A stretch of 64,000 nt of DNA from positions 34,168,401-34,232,400 of the forward strand of contig CM120641.1 in assembly GCA_051362555.1 (NCBI GenBank). The letters run 5' to 3'. This document shows, one piece after another, positions 37,811-51,454 of this stretch (within the stretch, counting starts at the first letter, position 1; each line of letters begins with the position of its first letter). The stretch is from Lingula anatina (Eukaryota; Animalia; Brachiopoda). The notes beneath the pieces are model-generated. The model worked only from the letters and a program-made list of their open reading frames with translations. It was not told the DNA's origin and searched no databases. The translations under genes and the position numbers were made by a program.

Positions 37811-40166
37811 TTAGATCACAGACTGAGGTGTTTGCATATTGAACCTGAACTGTGCCTTTATAGGTATGTGGTCTGATGGAAACAAATCACTGGGTAAGGC
37901 ATGGAACCTCATGATTGGCTCAGAAGATGGAGTCTCCAGGACGCCCAAGGCAGAAATGCTCTCATAGCTGTACCAAATGTAGTCTAGGCAGCCATCAAAT
38001 CTTCCATCCTGACAGGCATCATCACAGTTGGTTATACTTGGTTCTTTGCCCTGGTTTGAGAAATATTGATGACTGTGTAACACATAGCACAGAATCATCA
38101 TCATTTTTTTGTTTAAATAATTTACCCTAGTAACTATTATCTTTAAAAAGTTTCCCCCTGATATTATTATGACATGAATACAGAGTGCCTTGAATCATAT
38201 AAATCCTTCAGTATTGGAAATGTGCTTCTTGATAATTAACTGAATTACCTTTGTACTGTATTTAGAGACATGTTTGATATTAAGTATAATGGTTTACTTA
38301 TGTTTATCAATATCATGATGCTCAACATTGCTGTATTTGTATAAATGAATAATGGGAAAAGACTTTAGGCTGGTGCTGCCAAAATCCCCATACAGCTAAA
38401 ACAACCACAAATAAACTGAAGCCAAATACTTAAACAATACAAAAGAACACTGACCATGATTTCTAAATAAGCACTTTTGCATTGCATAGGGTTTTTGGTT
38501 AAACTGTCAGTAGGTAGGAGGTCTAACAGCTGCCAACTCTGGAAAATACATATATGCCATTAAGTAAAAATGCAACATATATTGTTTTTTTTAATATTGT
38601 GCTTAAAATCTCAATTAGCTCATAAATGAGGAGGTAACATACCATGCTGCTGTATGTTCAGATAATGAGCTTATACTATATATTTTTCAAAAAAGATTAT
38701 ATGACCTGGCTAACTTCAACTTTCTGTTTTGATTGTTTTTACATCTGTCATCTTACACAATATACTGTCAAATCAATAATTAACTAGTTTCAAAAGCCAC
38801 ATTTGTCAAAAAAAAAAAAAAAAATTTAAGAAAAACATTACCACTACACATACCCCAACATCTGGCACTTCCACAGGTTCTTCCTGTCTCAATATTTTTT
38901 TCATTTCCTCGTCTAACTTTCCATCGTTCATGTAGCGGTAGACAGGTCCCCCAGGAATGCTGTTAAAGTCTCCTAGGATTAAATGAGGCTGCTGAACTCC
39001 CCCAGCAAATGCCACCAGTTCTCTAACTGCACTGATTACCTGAACAGAAAATATATAAATAAACATACAATGTCTCCCATATAGCCATAAAACTATCAAA
39101 CAAAATAATAAAACAAAGTAGAAAAATCCAATATTCAGAAAGATTGTTAAAACATTCCATATAAAAAGAAAGAAAATAATATATATACTTATCAATTTAT
39201 TTTTCAAAAATTCCTTCTCTAACCTGCAAAAGTGTCACAGTCTGGTATTGCATACTGTCCCACACTGTGTGAATGTTGCCTACTGTCAGAACTCGATTGG
39301 TTCCTTTATGTTTTAATTTGGCTAATAAGAATGCACTTGGTCGCTCAATGTAGGTTCTTACTTCATTTCTCTGCTCTGTACTCATTGGGGTAACCTAAAA
39401 CAGAAAAGACAGTGGTCTGTGTCAGTCAAGTTCTCAAAGTTGAATTAACTTAGCTGTTCATTTCTTTGAGTTCTACTAGAACTTGTTCTGGTTTCTCATC
39501 AGTGGAAACTGTTTCTTATGCTTGTTATGTCTATCACAGGACTCAAAACCCAAAATCGGACAATGAACCTTCAAACTGTCAGGATGTTTCTTGATCAAAA
39601 GACAGTAGAATCGACAGACTTTCCTACATACAAATTTTACCATACAAACCCAGTCTTGTACCAAGGAATCAGCTTCACCAAAAAGAAAGACTCTAAAAAC
39701 AAGTAAACTCACCTGCAGTGTGGTTTCAGCTAAATATCATGTAGAGTGCAGCACTTCTGGTCCAACAGTGAGAATTTACTGGTTTTAAAGAACAATGACA
39801 ACCCAAGATCATCTCTTCTCTGTAGATGCACCCCCTTATAACCCAACTTCCCCAGAGCTGGGGCAAGCCCTTTAAAAAACACCTCCCCCTCTACATCCTG
39901 CATGGCCACAATATCTCCATCAAGTTCAGCTAGCTCTTTTAATATTCTTGGCAATCTAAAGTCCATGTAAAGAGCATGCTTTGCAACATAACTGTGATAT
40001 CCTACTAAATTTCTAACAGCACAATCAGCTAAAAGGTTGTATGACACTGCAGTAAATCCATTTTCTTTGGAAACTGCATCTGGTTTTGGTGATTTTTCTA
40101 TCCATTTTCTGGGATATGGTGTAAAAGACATAACATTGGTTTGTGCCTCTTCCATTATTCTACTAT
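37811..40166 (-). pseudogene. EEP phosphohydrolase copy 2, frameshifted in this sequence (pseudogene, null allele or assembly error)
   Basis: Same exon layout as copy 1: 39713-40166, 39224-39394, 38854-39039, 38455-38538, 37811-38050. Motifs VSYNLLAD, AMQDV, GNIH, LGDFNS, CLDYIWYS, PSDHIP. An extra AT near 39734-39737 creates TAG at 39730-39732; removing it restores HDLAETTLQ (copy 1 HEIADDILQ) and the phase-0 donor. Confidence 0.8.
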
Positions 40167-41190
40167 CTGAAATTAAGAAAAAAATATATAAAATTTGTGT
40201 AGACTATGCTGCAGGCCTGGTTAGAATTCTGATCTGGGTTAGATTTCATTTCACCTGGACTAGACAAAAAGTAGAGAGAATTTCTGATCTGGACTAGATT
40301 TGTCTAGGTTTGTTTTCATTCAGTTCATATATTTCACCTGGGCCAAACCAGTATTGTGGTCATATCAGTGGTCATGAGTGACCTGGCCAAACCTGTCCCA
40401 TCATAAAAGTGGGAGTGTCGATGTGGGTCAGTAAATCGACGCGGGGGCGTATCGATGCGTGCAATATTAGTTAATGATATGCGTGATTTGTGAAGTTACA
40501 TAGATACATACATAGACAATGTAGCAATTTTCTCTTACTTTTACTTTTGCTTTCCTTTCAAGAAAAAAGTTCAACAGGGATAAGTGACTGGCAACTCTCA
40601 GGGCACATGCAGTGTTCAATGTATATCACAGGACGAATGGTGGCATTAACAGTTATCAGTTGTTTCTCGTCAAAATGAAATGGCATGCGCATCGACATTA
40701 ATCATTTACTGGTTCCATGAAACAGCGGTCATGTGCACTACTCGTGTATTCAAATTATTTGAAAGCCTCCATTATATATCTTAACAAATCCAGATTGAAC
40801 CTCTGTGCCAATGCATCTGAATGTAATATGCATTGCTTCGGTTGCTTACTCACAAGAACTTGGTTCTCTTAATCGCTTATTGTGTTCTTATTTGTTCTCA
40901 ACAATAGCATACTGCGCGCTGTGTACAAATTTATTCAATGCACTTTCACTGTAAGCTCTCCGAACTCCCTAGGTAGTAGCGGGGTTATTCTTCATCACAG
41001 TGATGAATTTGCTTTATAAAAGCACCCAACGTAGGTCTCCAAAAGCTAGGAGAGATGAACATCTCGTGGATTCCTAGAAAAAGGCACTGGCTGATTCTTT
41101 GAGGCGACAAAAGTTGTTGTCCACTTTCAGAACGGTACTCTTGACTTAAAAAACTACTGGTATATTAAGTTTGCAGCCAGTTTTGTCAGC

Positions 41191-41853
41191 ATGAACAACA
41201 CCAGTAAAAATAAAACCAGCACTGGAAAGGACACTATTGCTGATGACACAAAAGCCATGACAAAAAAGGCGACTGACCAGACTAGGCCTAATAGGCCAAC
41301 CATCAGTAAAGCAAACAATAAAGCTGCTGGAAATGAACCTCCAAAGGGTAAAGTTCCAAATAAGAAACTGCCAAGAAACAAGATTCCTCCTCGAAAAAAT
41401 AACCAAGTACCAAATATAAACGATACAAAATCTACTTCGAATGGAGTTTCGACGTCTAATATCGTCGTCAACTTTGACCATTTAAAAGAGAAAGCAGCCG
41501 ACAAAGCAGAAGTGGAACCCAGCAGAAAGAAAAATCTAAAGGTTAAAGAAGACTGTCAGAAATCAGAAGCAGCAGTGACCATGGACGATTTCGATACACT
41601 ACAGAAAATTAAGACAGAAGACATACCGCAGTCGGAGACCAGTTGTTTGGAGTCAGTTGTGGAGTGGTAATGTGCTTTCTCTGTATTCTTTTATATGCGT
41701 TAAATTCAATGGGAAGAGGAATGAGTCCGTAGAATTTTGACTTAAAAAAAAAAATTATAATCTGCGTTGTAAGCTGCAAGCAAGTGTAGGCCTTAAGGTT
41801 TTTAAGCTAAGTTCAAAAAGCAAAATCTAGTCTGGGACTTACCATATATACAA

Positions 41854-41892
<39 letters not shown>

Positions 41893-44111
41893 ATTGAGAA
41901 CAAAAGGGAAGGATAACGTATTCGGAGGACGGGGACCTCGCCCAACGATAGACCGACGTCTTTGATAAAAATGGGCCGAGGTACCTCCCCAGCCCTCCCC
42001 CGGCTACTATGTCTACGTAGTAGGTATAAGAGCCACCATCTATGATTTGCCATCAAAATTCCGTGTAAACTTGTTTTAAATGTCTTAAAATGGGAATGCA
42101 CGACTACAAATCAGATAATTTAAGAACGAGTCAGTATATAAAGATCTTATAGACCCTATTTTTATACATCTAAACCAGATGATGTACGCACCATTGATTT
42201 TTTAATGACCGAAGCAGCGAAAAGTATATAAGTGAAAGTGAGGTTTGATTGAGAAGTTCCATCTTTTGAAATACACGTAAACTCCTTCTTGTCATTCACT
42301 ACATGTACGTACTTTTATAACTCACCTGCTGTTTTTTTCACCTATAACACGCGACTATATACTGTCTTAAATTCAGGTTTCCATGCCGAATAGTGATTTC
42401 TATCATCCGCCTCTTCATCTTCAACAGATATGTGAAATATGGAGTGACACTTTCAGTTTCATTTCTGGACATTGTTACTGACTGGATGAATTTTGAAGAA
42501 TTCATACAACTTGATTTCACCTACCAAAGGCCAGATAATTTGGGCTATACGAAACTTCTCAAGGATGGTTTTATAACTTGCTGTGTATTGGGAACATCTC
42601 TTTTTATAGCAGAAACCGTCCGTGCTGTCCATAAGTGGTATAGGGGATACCGATATCGACGGGCGGACCTCCATCCCCATACGCTACCAGTGGAGAACAT
42701 CGTCTTGGAAGGGTTCTCGGTTCTCGAAGGGGTAATTGAAGACATCCCTGTCGCATGGATCAATTTACTGGCATACAATGAGGGCACTTGCGCGCTACAG
42801 CAGTCTTACATCAGCGAAATAGCGTACTTTGCACGAGTGACGAGCATTTTGGCTAGTGCGTGGAGCCTAAGTCTGGCAATTTCTGGCGCATTTCTGTATT
42901 TCTGTTCCTCGGATAAACCGGGCATTTTAAGCAACACCGTGGCAGGGGCTGAGGACCCACCGCCGATCAGACCTTGTTGGCTAGGAATTCTACGCGTTTT
43001 AGCATCTATCTTTGCGGTTGTAGTGGCTTTGTTATCTATTTACATCAATACAACATTGCTTTCGGCCATAGTCCGAGACGTCAAAGCCACCTCCGATTTG
43101 AAAACGATCGATTTTACAAATGTCATATCATCTGACATGTTGTTGCGACTGGCTTCCCCAGACGAAGAACTGAACACGGCACTTTTTGCAAGTTACACAT
43201 TTTCAAATAACGAAACCGCCAGTGATGTCCACTCGGAAGTAAAAAGGTATGTCCTTCTTGCCAGTACACTTCAAATAAAAGAAAGACCAGAGCAGACGAT
43301 ACACGTCCACAGACCATGCGCTGTACTGATGTCCGAGGATGACGTCCATGCTGTAACCAATGGACTCTATAACGCCACAGACCGGCAAAGTTGCCATCTT
43401 CAGTTTATATTTCAATATGATCCCAAGTATTCCGCTATATTTTATCAACTTGTCTTAGAACTTAGACGGTCAGAGGACGGTTGTCGCTGCAGTAATTCAC
43501 GAGTTAAACGTCAGGCGGGGCCCGTTGGAACCGAGAGCGTTTTTTCTACAGCAATCTCTGCCTCATCTCACAGTGACTCTGAATTTTCAGAGGCAACGGC
43601 TACATTGGATGCATCAGAAACATGGTCAATTAAATTACCTGCTTTAGAAACATCTTTTAGCTCCACTTCTTCAACTCAGCAGATAACATTTACCACACTG
43701 ATACATAGAGACACTGATGTAACACATGCACCCTCCACAATGGCATTTCCTCAATCAACAACAACAGTAACAACAACAACAGAAATATCGGAACCAACAT
43801 CGTGTGCTTGCTCCTCTGCAATAACTGAATGCCAATACTTCAATTTAACAAACCCTCTTCCTGGGGTGTCTTTTTTCTTTTATGACATCCCAAAAAACAT
43901 CAACGTGTCCACCTGGTATCCGTATTCAAGCAAGGAAAGTAGAACAGAATTCTGTGGCACAGAGTCGGTATTTTGGAACGCATTTGCCTTTGCAAAGGAT
44001 GACATTTGTCTTTTTGAAAATTTTTCAGTTAAACACGAGTACTGGTTGTATACAAATAATGCAGTTTCATTGTGTGCTGAAGGAAGCCAGTGTGTTCTTT
44101 TATCAAAATAA
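41191..44111 (+). CDS. Uncharacterised multi-pass membrane protein (~736 aa) with XK/TMEM26-like TM motifs and a large Cys-rich/mucin-like C-terminal domain
   Basis: Exon 1 41191-41666 (TG|gtaatg) joins in frame to exon 2 42377-44111 (ttcag|G TTT CCA). About five hydrophobic segments with FLDIVTDW and IEDIP motifs; tail contains RVKR, an S/T-rich stretch, many Cys and N-glycosylation sequons. Confidence 0.8.
41854..41893. repeat. (TAAA)n microsatellite
   Basis: About ten TAAA units in the intron of the membrane protein gene. Confidence 0.9.
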
Positions 44112-44853
44112 AACTACCCATTTCCAAAATAAAATATATGAAAATTTATAGTAAATTTGAATTTGCTTTTTTTTGGCTGAAGTTCCTATATATGCACAAA
44201 GTGGGAAACAAAGTAAACTTTCAATTTACCTTTAAAGGGATAACAATTGTTCGTATGATATCCATATTTAACAATAAATACATTGTAAACAACTCATAGA
44301 AATGTAATGACTTCTATTTACCAACAAAATGTTAGTTAACACAATTATTTTGGAATTTGTGCTTGCCATCACATCATGTGATCTCCACAGATGGCTACAC
44401 TGTAAAATTTGAATACATCTTCTAAGAGCTACCATTACACTATCTTTCTATGATCACAGTATATACAAAATACTAAGTTGATGACCCTACACCAATAGCA
44501 CTGTCCAAAGCATTTTTATTCATCTCTTACAAAATATCTCTCAACAATATAATTGACTGAAAAGAAATTCAACTCAATTTTGATAATTGAGAGTATCAAT
44601 TCTGTGACAATATATAAGAATCACAGAACTCTTGCTTGTATCAAATCGTGCAAAGTGTTTCCAGTGAATATCATTAAACAAACATACTTAACTACATCAA
44701 GCACAGAAGAATCAGAAGACCATGTCAGTCAGATGTGACTGTCCAGTTCATTAGTAGCTTTGTCATTAGTGAGCAGTACACCCTCCACAAGTCTTCTCAA
44801 ACTGCAGGTCCACTGTAATTACAATAAATGGAGACCCAGTGTCCTTATTTTTC

Positions 44854-47800
44854 CTATGTAACTGCAAGATTGGTCTGGATGTGCTCTATCAGAGCATCAC
44901 AATATTTAGGAGTCCTGTGTTTGTGTTTCACACTTTCTATTTCCTTCACAAGCATTGCTGGTTGAAGACTAGCTGCTTTCATCAAAACCTCTGGAAATGT
45001 TAGAAAAATACACTATTATTTAAAAACAATTTAGAAACCAATATGTTCTTATAACACTGCTAAATGACATCACTAGATCACATTTATATTCAAGCAAACA
45101 ATATCATACTTGTTTAATTATGTAGGATTTAAACAAAATATCCCACCTAGTCTCTCTTTTTTTTTGACTCACAAAAGTTTTCAAAACAAAATACTGTGTA
45201 TCATTAGGTTTTATTGAGAAAATATTATTTAGCACTTCTATAATTTCATACAGCACCACAGGCCAACACCATGTTTCTGAGTTTACTGCAAAACTGTTCA
45301 AACACAACTTACAGTTTATGGATGTCAAGACCCCACTTTCGTTCTGAAAAATTACTTCTTTACAACAATTTTAACATCCTCACCCAAAACAGCTTCCTGG
45401 ATATTTGCTTCAGGGTCATCCAAATGCACCAGTAATCCTTTAAACATGAACTCAAGGTGTGCCCTGTATAAATCCACATTGTAAGGCTTCTCAAAGCAAT
45501 CCAGCATAGAAAGGAATGTCTTGGAAACAGCTACACGTATATCATCACTACTGTCGTCCAGCCTCTTGATGAGTTCTGGGGAGATGTTGTGCAGGCGGTC
45601 TTGGTCGATGCTCGTCCCCAGGAGGTTGAAAAGGTGCATCAAAACCCGACAGGTGATGAGACGGGTAGATTTATCATCATCATCTAGAGTAGAGACCACT
45701 TGTGTCAGGACCTCCTCCATCACTGTGACCACCTGATAATAGCAAATATTAGTTTTTTCCCACTGCACCCTAACCCTATTATTATTTATATCATATACAT
45801 GAGTGAATATTGTAAAAACTGAAAATCCTGAAAACATAGTTTGCAATTTCTCATCACATTTAAACCATATGAAAAAAAAAATCAAAATGAAGACTGAAAA
45901 TCCTAAAATCAGGTATCATCCTTAAAAGTTCACCAATGCATTTAGCCTTTTCCATTTTTAGAAAAAATCAGGAAAGGAAAATAATACAAAATAATAGAAA
46001 TATTTTCTCAAAAAAAGTTTATTAACTGACTTCCATAAAAATCCATGAGGTTACAGATAAATTCTTTCTTTATTTGGTGGTGGGATTTCAGATTCTATTT
46101 TGAAAATTTCCAAACAAAATAAATCCCGAATACCTTTTCCTTGGGTAACACCCCACTCTTCAGCAAAGCCCAAAGACATGACACAGCAGTTTTTCGGACT
46201 GCACTTGCTATCCTCCCAGCCTTCCAAACACAGTTAGGAATCACCATATCCTTGACCACAGTGACTGCAAAGTCACCAAATCTCTGCTGGGAGTCCAGAG
46301 TGCCCGCCGCATTCAGCATCAGCCGGGAGAGCAAGGAGAAAAATTTAAGTCGAATCTCTGGGTCTTTTTCTGGGTTGAGATTGGCAACCATGATTGGGAT
46401 GACATCTTCTAAAAGCTCTCCTACAACTGGGCCTATAATAATATTGAAATATGTGAGTATATTCACAAACAGACAGATGTCAAATTTTCTTTTGGGTCAG
46501 AAGTAGAAAGATGTTACATTAGCTATTTTCTGATGCTGAAGAATTTACAAAAATTGCAAAATTATTGTTAAATCACAAATTGTTACACTTAAATTATGAT
46601 GAAAGGTAGTTCCATTGCAAAAGTTATTAAGAAAATATTTATAACTAAAAAAATTGCTGGAATTTGGAAAATTTTTTTAAAGATTCAACAACAGAGGCAC
46701 ACCTTTCCATCTAATTTTATTGTGAAACAAAGTACAATACCTGATTCGACCAGCAAAGCATCAAATATTGCTCTCTCCACAGAGAAATTATTCCACATTG
46801 CATAGTTATCTTGGAATGTATCAAGGAGAGGCTTTGTGTACAGGCTGTATAAATCTTGGCCTGATGACAGACCATGGGTTTTTGCAAGGATATCCAAAAC
46901 AGCTCTCATCTAGGGGAAAGAATCAATATTATCACCAAGATCCACCAAAAAGATCAATGTTTTGCTAATCAAAATTAGAGTAACAAAATCTCCCTGTTCG
47001 ATATAACAATGCACCATACAATAGAAATCAACACAAACTTCTTCAAAATCTTTTTGTGACACATTCTGATATGTCTGCTCTGTATACTTCAAATGCATCA
47101 ACCTAACTACATGTTCATCTTTTTAAACAGTCCATGTTTATTTTAAACAAGTTTATTTTAAAAATATTTCTATCCAATTTTCTGTAAATTAAAAATACAG
47201 CTGAGAGAAATCAGAAAAAGAATATAACGGACTTTCTACAGTAAGCAATTGAACCTACCTGAGATCTGATGCTATCATCATTGGTCAAAGCCAGCACTGT
47301 GACCAGCACTGTAAACAACTGCTGACCATGTGGTGGACAGTCATCCTGACAAACCTGAGAGATGGACAACACACAGGACAGCAACTGGGACTGGACTTCA
47401 GTCTGTGGAAAAAATGATAATGTCAGATGATTTAAGATACTATACTTTTCCATCAAAAAATAACTTCATTAAGAGAATTTGGCATCATTGTAAAATTTAC
47501 TTGCACAAATACTTATGACCAGTATTCCATTTTCCTTATTGAAATGTGGTATACATGTGATCAAAGATGATACAATCAAATTAAAATAATTGTTATACGT
47601 GCTTTAATAATTGTTAAAATCATAAATAAATAAACTAACACATAATTAATTAAATAGTTACAGAATATGCTCATGTACAAGTCCCATAAGTGATGCATAA
47701 CCTGCTTAATTAAAGAAAACAGCACTTTTTTAAGAACACAAGGCATGGGAGTTTTGACATCTTTCCTTGATATAAAACCATCACCTGTACAGTTCTACAG

Positions 47801-50766
47801 GTATCAGGGTGTGACAACACACTGCAGATGTCCTCCAGCTTTGGTTTCAGCAGCTCCCTTTGTGAACCTCTGATAATGTTAGCAAGAACCATCAGTTGAC
47901 CATAGCCTGGTGAACTCTTGATAGCCCCCAAGACCAGCTTACACCAGACTTCAGGCTCTACAAAGTAACCTACCAACTCAGCAGCCCTACCAACCTGTAG
48001 TCAAAATAAACAAAGAACCAATTATAGTAGAATGAAACTGAAAATGGATGTTTAAATTTTTACGATCAGTTAATAACCTTACCAAAATCAAGCTCTTTCT
48101 ATTGTTACATGGAAGCTGGTTTTAATAAAGGTTTCCTTTTATTTATTAATAATAATAATAATATAACTTATAAACTTGTTTTTTTGACATGGATAAGTAA
48201 ATTAAATTATACAAAATTGAAACATACTTATTATATAGTAATATGGTCAATTAAAAAATAGCAAAGGCTGAAAATAAATCAACTTTCATATTACTGGTTT
48301 TATCTTTCTAGGTATTGAGATTTTAAATTGATAAGGATTGATGGGTTAAACACTGATAGAATTATAAAAACTTCAACTTATAACAAATAAACAAAATTAA
48401 AATGACTTACATTCTTCACCACCTCTTTCTCCTCATCAGAGCAAGCTTTGTGAAGACCTGGCAGCAGAACTGCCATGTGTTGAGTCATGCAGTCCTCTGC
48501 ATTCACTATCAGTGTAGTCATCAACTGAGCTGATTTAATCCTTGTGGCAACAACCCAGTCTCCCATATCTCGAATAAGGGCAGGAAGGATCTTTGACAGA
48601 TGTCTGTAAATAAGTGTTCTGCACCCCAGGTTTGGTCTTTCAACTGAAATTGAAATGAACAGAAATGTGCATTTTCTTTTTAAATCATTCCTTCTTTTTA
48701 CTATCCCCTAAACTGCATTTTAAAAAATTCTTTGGTATGACAATTTTGTAAAATTCAGCATGAATTAAAATTAAAATCCAATTTGTTTAAAAAGTATTGT
48801 GCTCCTTCATGTTCTTTATACTTCTCACTATCAGAATTCTTGAATTCTAAATAGCAATGCTTTTATTGTAATCAAAATCATTAAAGACCAGTAAACTGTC
48901 AACAGATAAGATAGCTTACCACCACTTGGGTAATGAGCTGGATCCGGTTGGGCAAAATCTTCTTTGTCTTTTAATTCTTCTTCATTTTCTTTGTAATATT
49001 TTATACCTAAAATACATGCATATGGACACAATTAGGATATTTTTATATGCATAACAAGATATTTTTTAAATGAGAGGTTCAAAGATGCAGGAATAAGTGA
49101 AGCTAATAAGCCTGTGCAGTTTGAAGTCATTTTAATGAAGGTTAAAACCTTCATCAACTATGGACATCTTACCTAGAGAGGATATTTGGTTTATGTTGGC
49201 AGAGATAAAGCTCTACATAATGTTTCAAAATAAAAATATTACTATATAACACATTATATACACTATTTGTGCAGAAAGCAATCAGACATGTCCATCCCTC
49301 TGTAACAGCTTAAGTTACTGGGAAATGCTTATAAAGCAATAATTTAAAGTATCTTTCTATCAAACTTTATTAAAAGATATTCAAACTATACCTGTATCAA
49401 AAATGAAATCCACAATCTAATTTATCATTCACTACAATTAAAATTTAAAACACCATTCTAACAATATGTGACAGCTTATTCTTTGAGTATACTCAAAATC
49501 TTACCCGTATCGTGCCAAAATGAATCAGCCATTTCGCGAATCTCTGGCAACTCATCTGTAACACTGGTCAGAAGGAGGGGAATCAGTTTGGGGAAGAAAG
49601 AGTATCGATCCAAAAGGTGCAGACACCAGTTGCCAACAACCAATGTAACTGCTTTCCTTACTTGTGGGGACTGGTCAAACATTCTCTGAGCAAAATGTGA
49701 AACCACATCTTCTACTGACTTATTATTGCCGTTTTGGATTACAGCACCTTAAGTTGCAAAAAGAGAAACCAAATAAGTAAAATAATAAGTATGAGAAAAT
49801 AATAATGAAATGCACATTAAAAGTGAGTAGATACTGTTATATACTTGAATATCATTTAGTAGTATTTAATTGGGTCACCCTATGGATTACACCCAAAATA
49901 TTTCACATACCATATACGTATAATTAATATATGACTAGTGGAAAAATTATAAAAAATTAATCAGCATAGTAATATAATTTCTATACAACTGAGAGAATAA
50001 TGTATTAATTTTTACCAAATGCATCCTAAGAACAATTCTTTTTGTTTGCTTAAACTTAGATGCTAGTCTTTTTATGATAATGACCATAATTGTCAAGTTC
50101 CAAATATCAATATATCATATTTTTGCACTTACCTATGGCTTCAATGACTGATACTCTAACTTTTGAGTGTTGGTGAATTATATTTTGGAGCAGAGGTTTG
50201 ATCAAAGATTCAGACTGCATGTGGAAATGTTCCGGAATGGTTTCTGCTAAAATTATTGAACATTTGCAACTTTCCTTTTTTACTTCTGGGTAAGGGTCCA
50301 TTAAAGTTCTTATCAATATCTTAACCATATCATCCAAATACGGAGCGATTTTCTTTTTGGATTTTTCAACAAGTAATGTACATATTTCTACCAACTGAAG
50401 GCGGATTTCTTCTGATGGTTCGATTATTTCTTGCTGCCCAAGTCGTTGCACAAGTACTGGCATCAAATATGGTAAATTACCCTGTGATCCCTGCACAGAA
50501 GTGAAATATTCACGAATCAAACTTATACCAAGTTCTCTACATTTTTCCACTGGGTCCGACACAATTTTTAGTAAATGTTTGAAGGTATCACTGAATACTT
50601 CTTCTAAAACACCATTGTCTAGTTCCGGTTTCCTCCCAAACGTTTCCTTTTGAATACCTTCCAATGCTCTTCTTCTAGTCATTTTACTGTTCTCGGAAAG
50701 ACTGTTTATATGACGAGCAATCGATTGTAAAACTTCATTAGCTTGAGTTTGCACGCCGTCCGCCAT
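44854..50766 (-). CDS. DNAAF5: Dynein axonemal assembly factor 5 (HEAT-repeat protein, HEATR2)
   Basis: Ten exons, approx 50133-50766, 49505-49748, 48920-49006, 48411-48644, 47785-47994, 47259-47403, 46742-46909, 46134-46432, 45384-45732, 44854-44991. Recognisable motifs [77 protein letters not shown]. Confidence 0.95.
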
Positions 50767-51110
50767 CTTTGTTGGTCGCAACGCCTCGATTTGAAAATAC
50801 AAGAAAATCCCCTTCTATAAAACTAATAGCTGAACATAAAGAAGCAGACTTTATTTTAAATAAAAACTATTGAAGCATTTATGGTAATATCTCATCACCT
50901 CTGTATACAAAGCTGTTAAAAATCAAATTGTGAATAGTAGATCTCATGGTCATCATGGCTTATCTTGGACTACCTTACTCTACTTTCCTACCTTTTTTCT
51001 TTGACAGTTTCCAAACAATGACCTCGTTATTTTGTTCCATCAACAAGTAACTTAAAATTTAAGAAGAGGCTCGGGCGAAGACGATATACAAGGAACGAGA
51101 TCAGGTGACG
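50767..51110. promoter_or_regulatory. Probable bidirectional promoter DNAAF5 / LRMDA-like
   Basis: Divergent genes; DNAAF5 ATG at 50766 in a YY1/TISU-like context (AAAGATGGCGGA); candidate LRMDA 5' UTR exon ending at a cag|gtgacg donor near 51104. Confidence 0.5.
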
Positions 51111-51454
51111 TATGGTTCATTAATTTTGTTCTGTCCAGTGCATAATTAGTGACATAATGATGTTATTTTGCAAAAAGTCTGTAACCAATACAGAGCAAGT
51201 ATATGCATGTCTATTTTTATGTATCTGTTTTTCATGCTGGTGCAAGTACTTAACAAGTACCGGTACATGCAATTGACGAGCATACATGTGGAGTATCAGC
51301 TTTTGTTTTCTTTTTCATTTTAGTCTGGGGGAGTTGAGTGATACAATAAATGCTAGCATGTAACACTTTGAAATGAAAATCATCTATACTGAGACTGGGA
51401 AGCCAAGAGAAAGTACAGTGCTAAGGTCACAAAATAAATAACGGATATTAAAAA

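Noticed and set aside
41146-41504. Hydrophobic minus-strand ORFs resembling membrane proteins
   Set aside because: Antisense shadows of the A-rich, K/N-coding exon 1 on the plus strand.
41665-42428. Splicing exon 1 (TG|) to the cag at 42427 would create an in-frame TGA (possible selenocysteine)
   Set aside because: The upstream acceptor at 42376 gives TGG and an open frame; no SECIS was recognised.
44854-50766. Possible U12 introns in DNAAF5, the LRRC74 genes or the EEP genes
   Set aside because: All donors inspected are U2-type; none has RTATCCTT.
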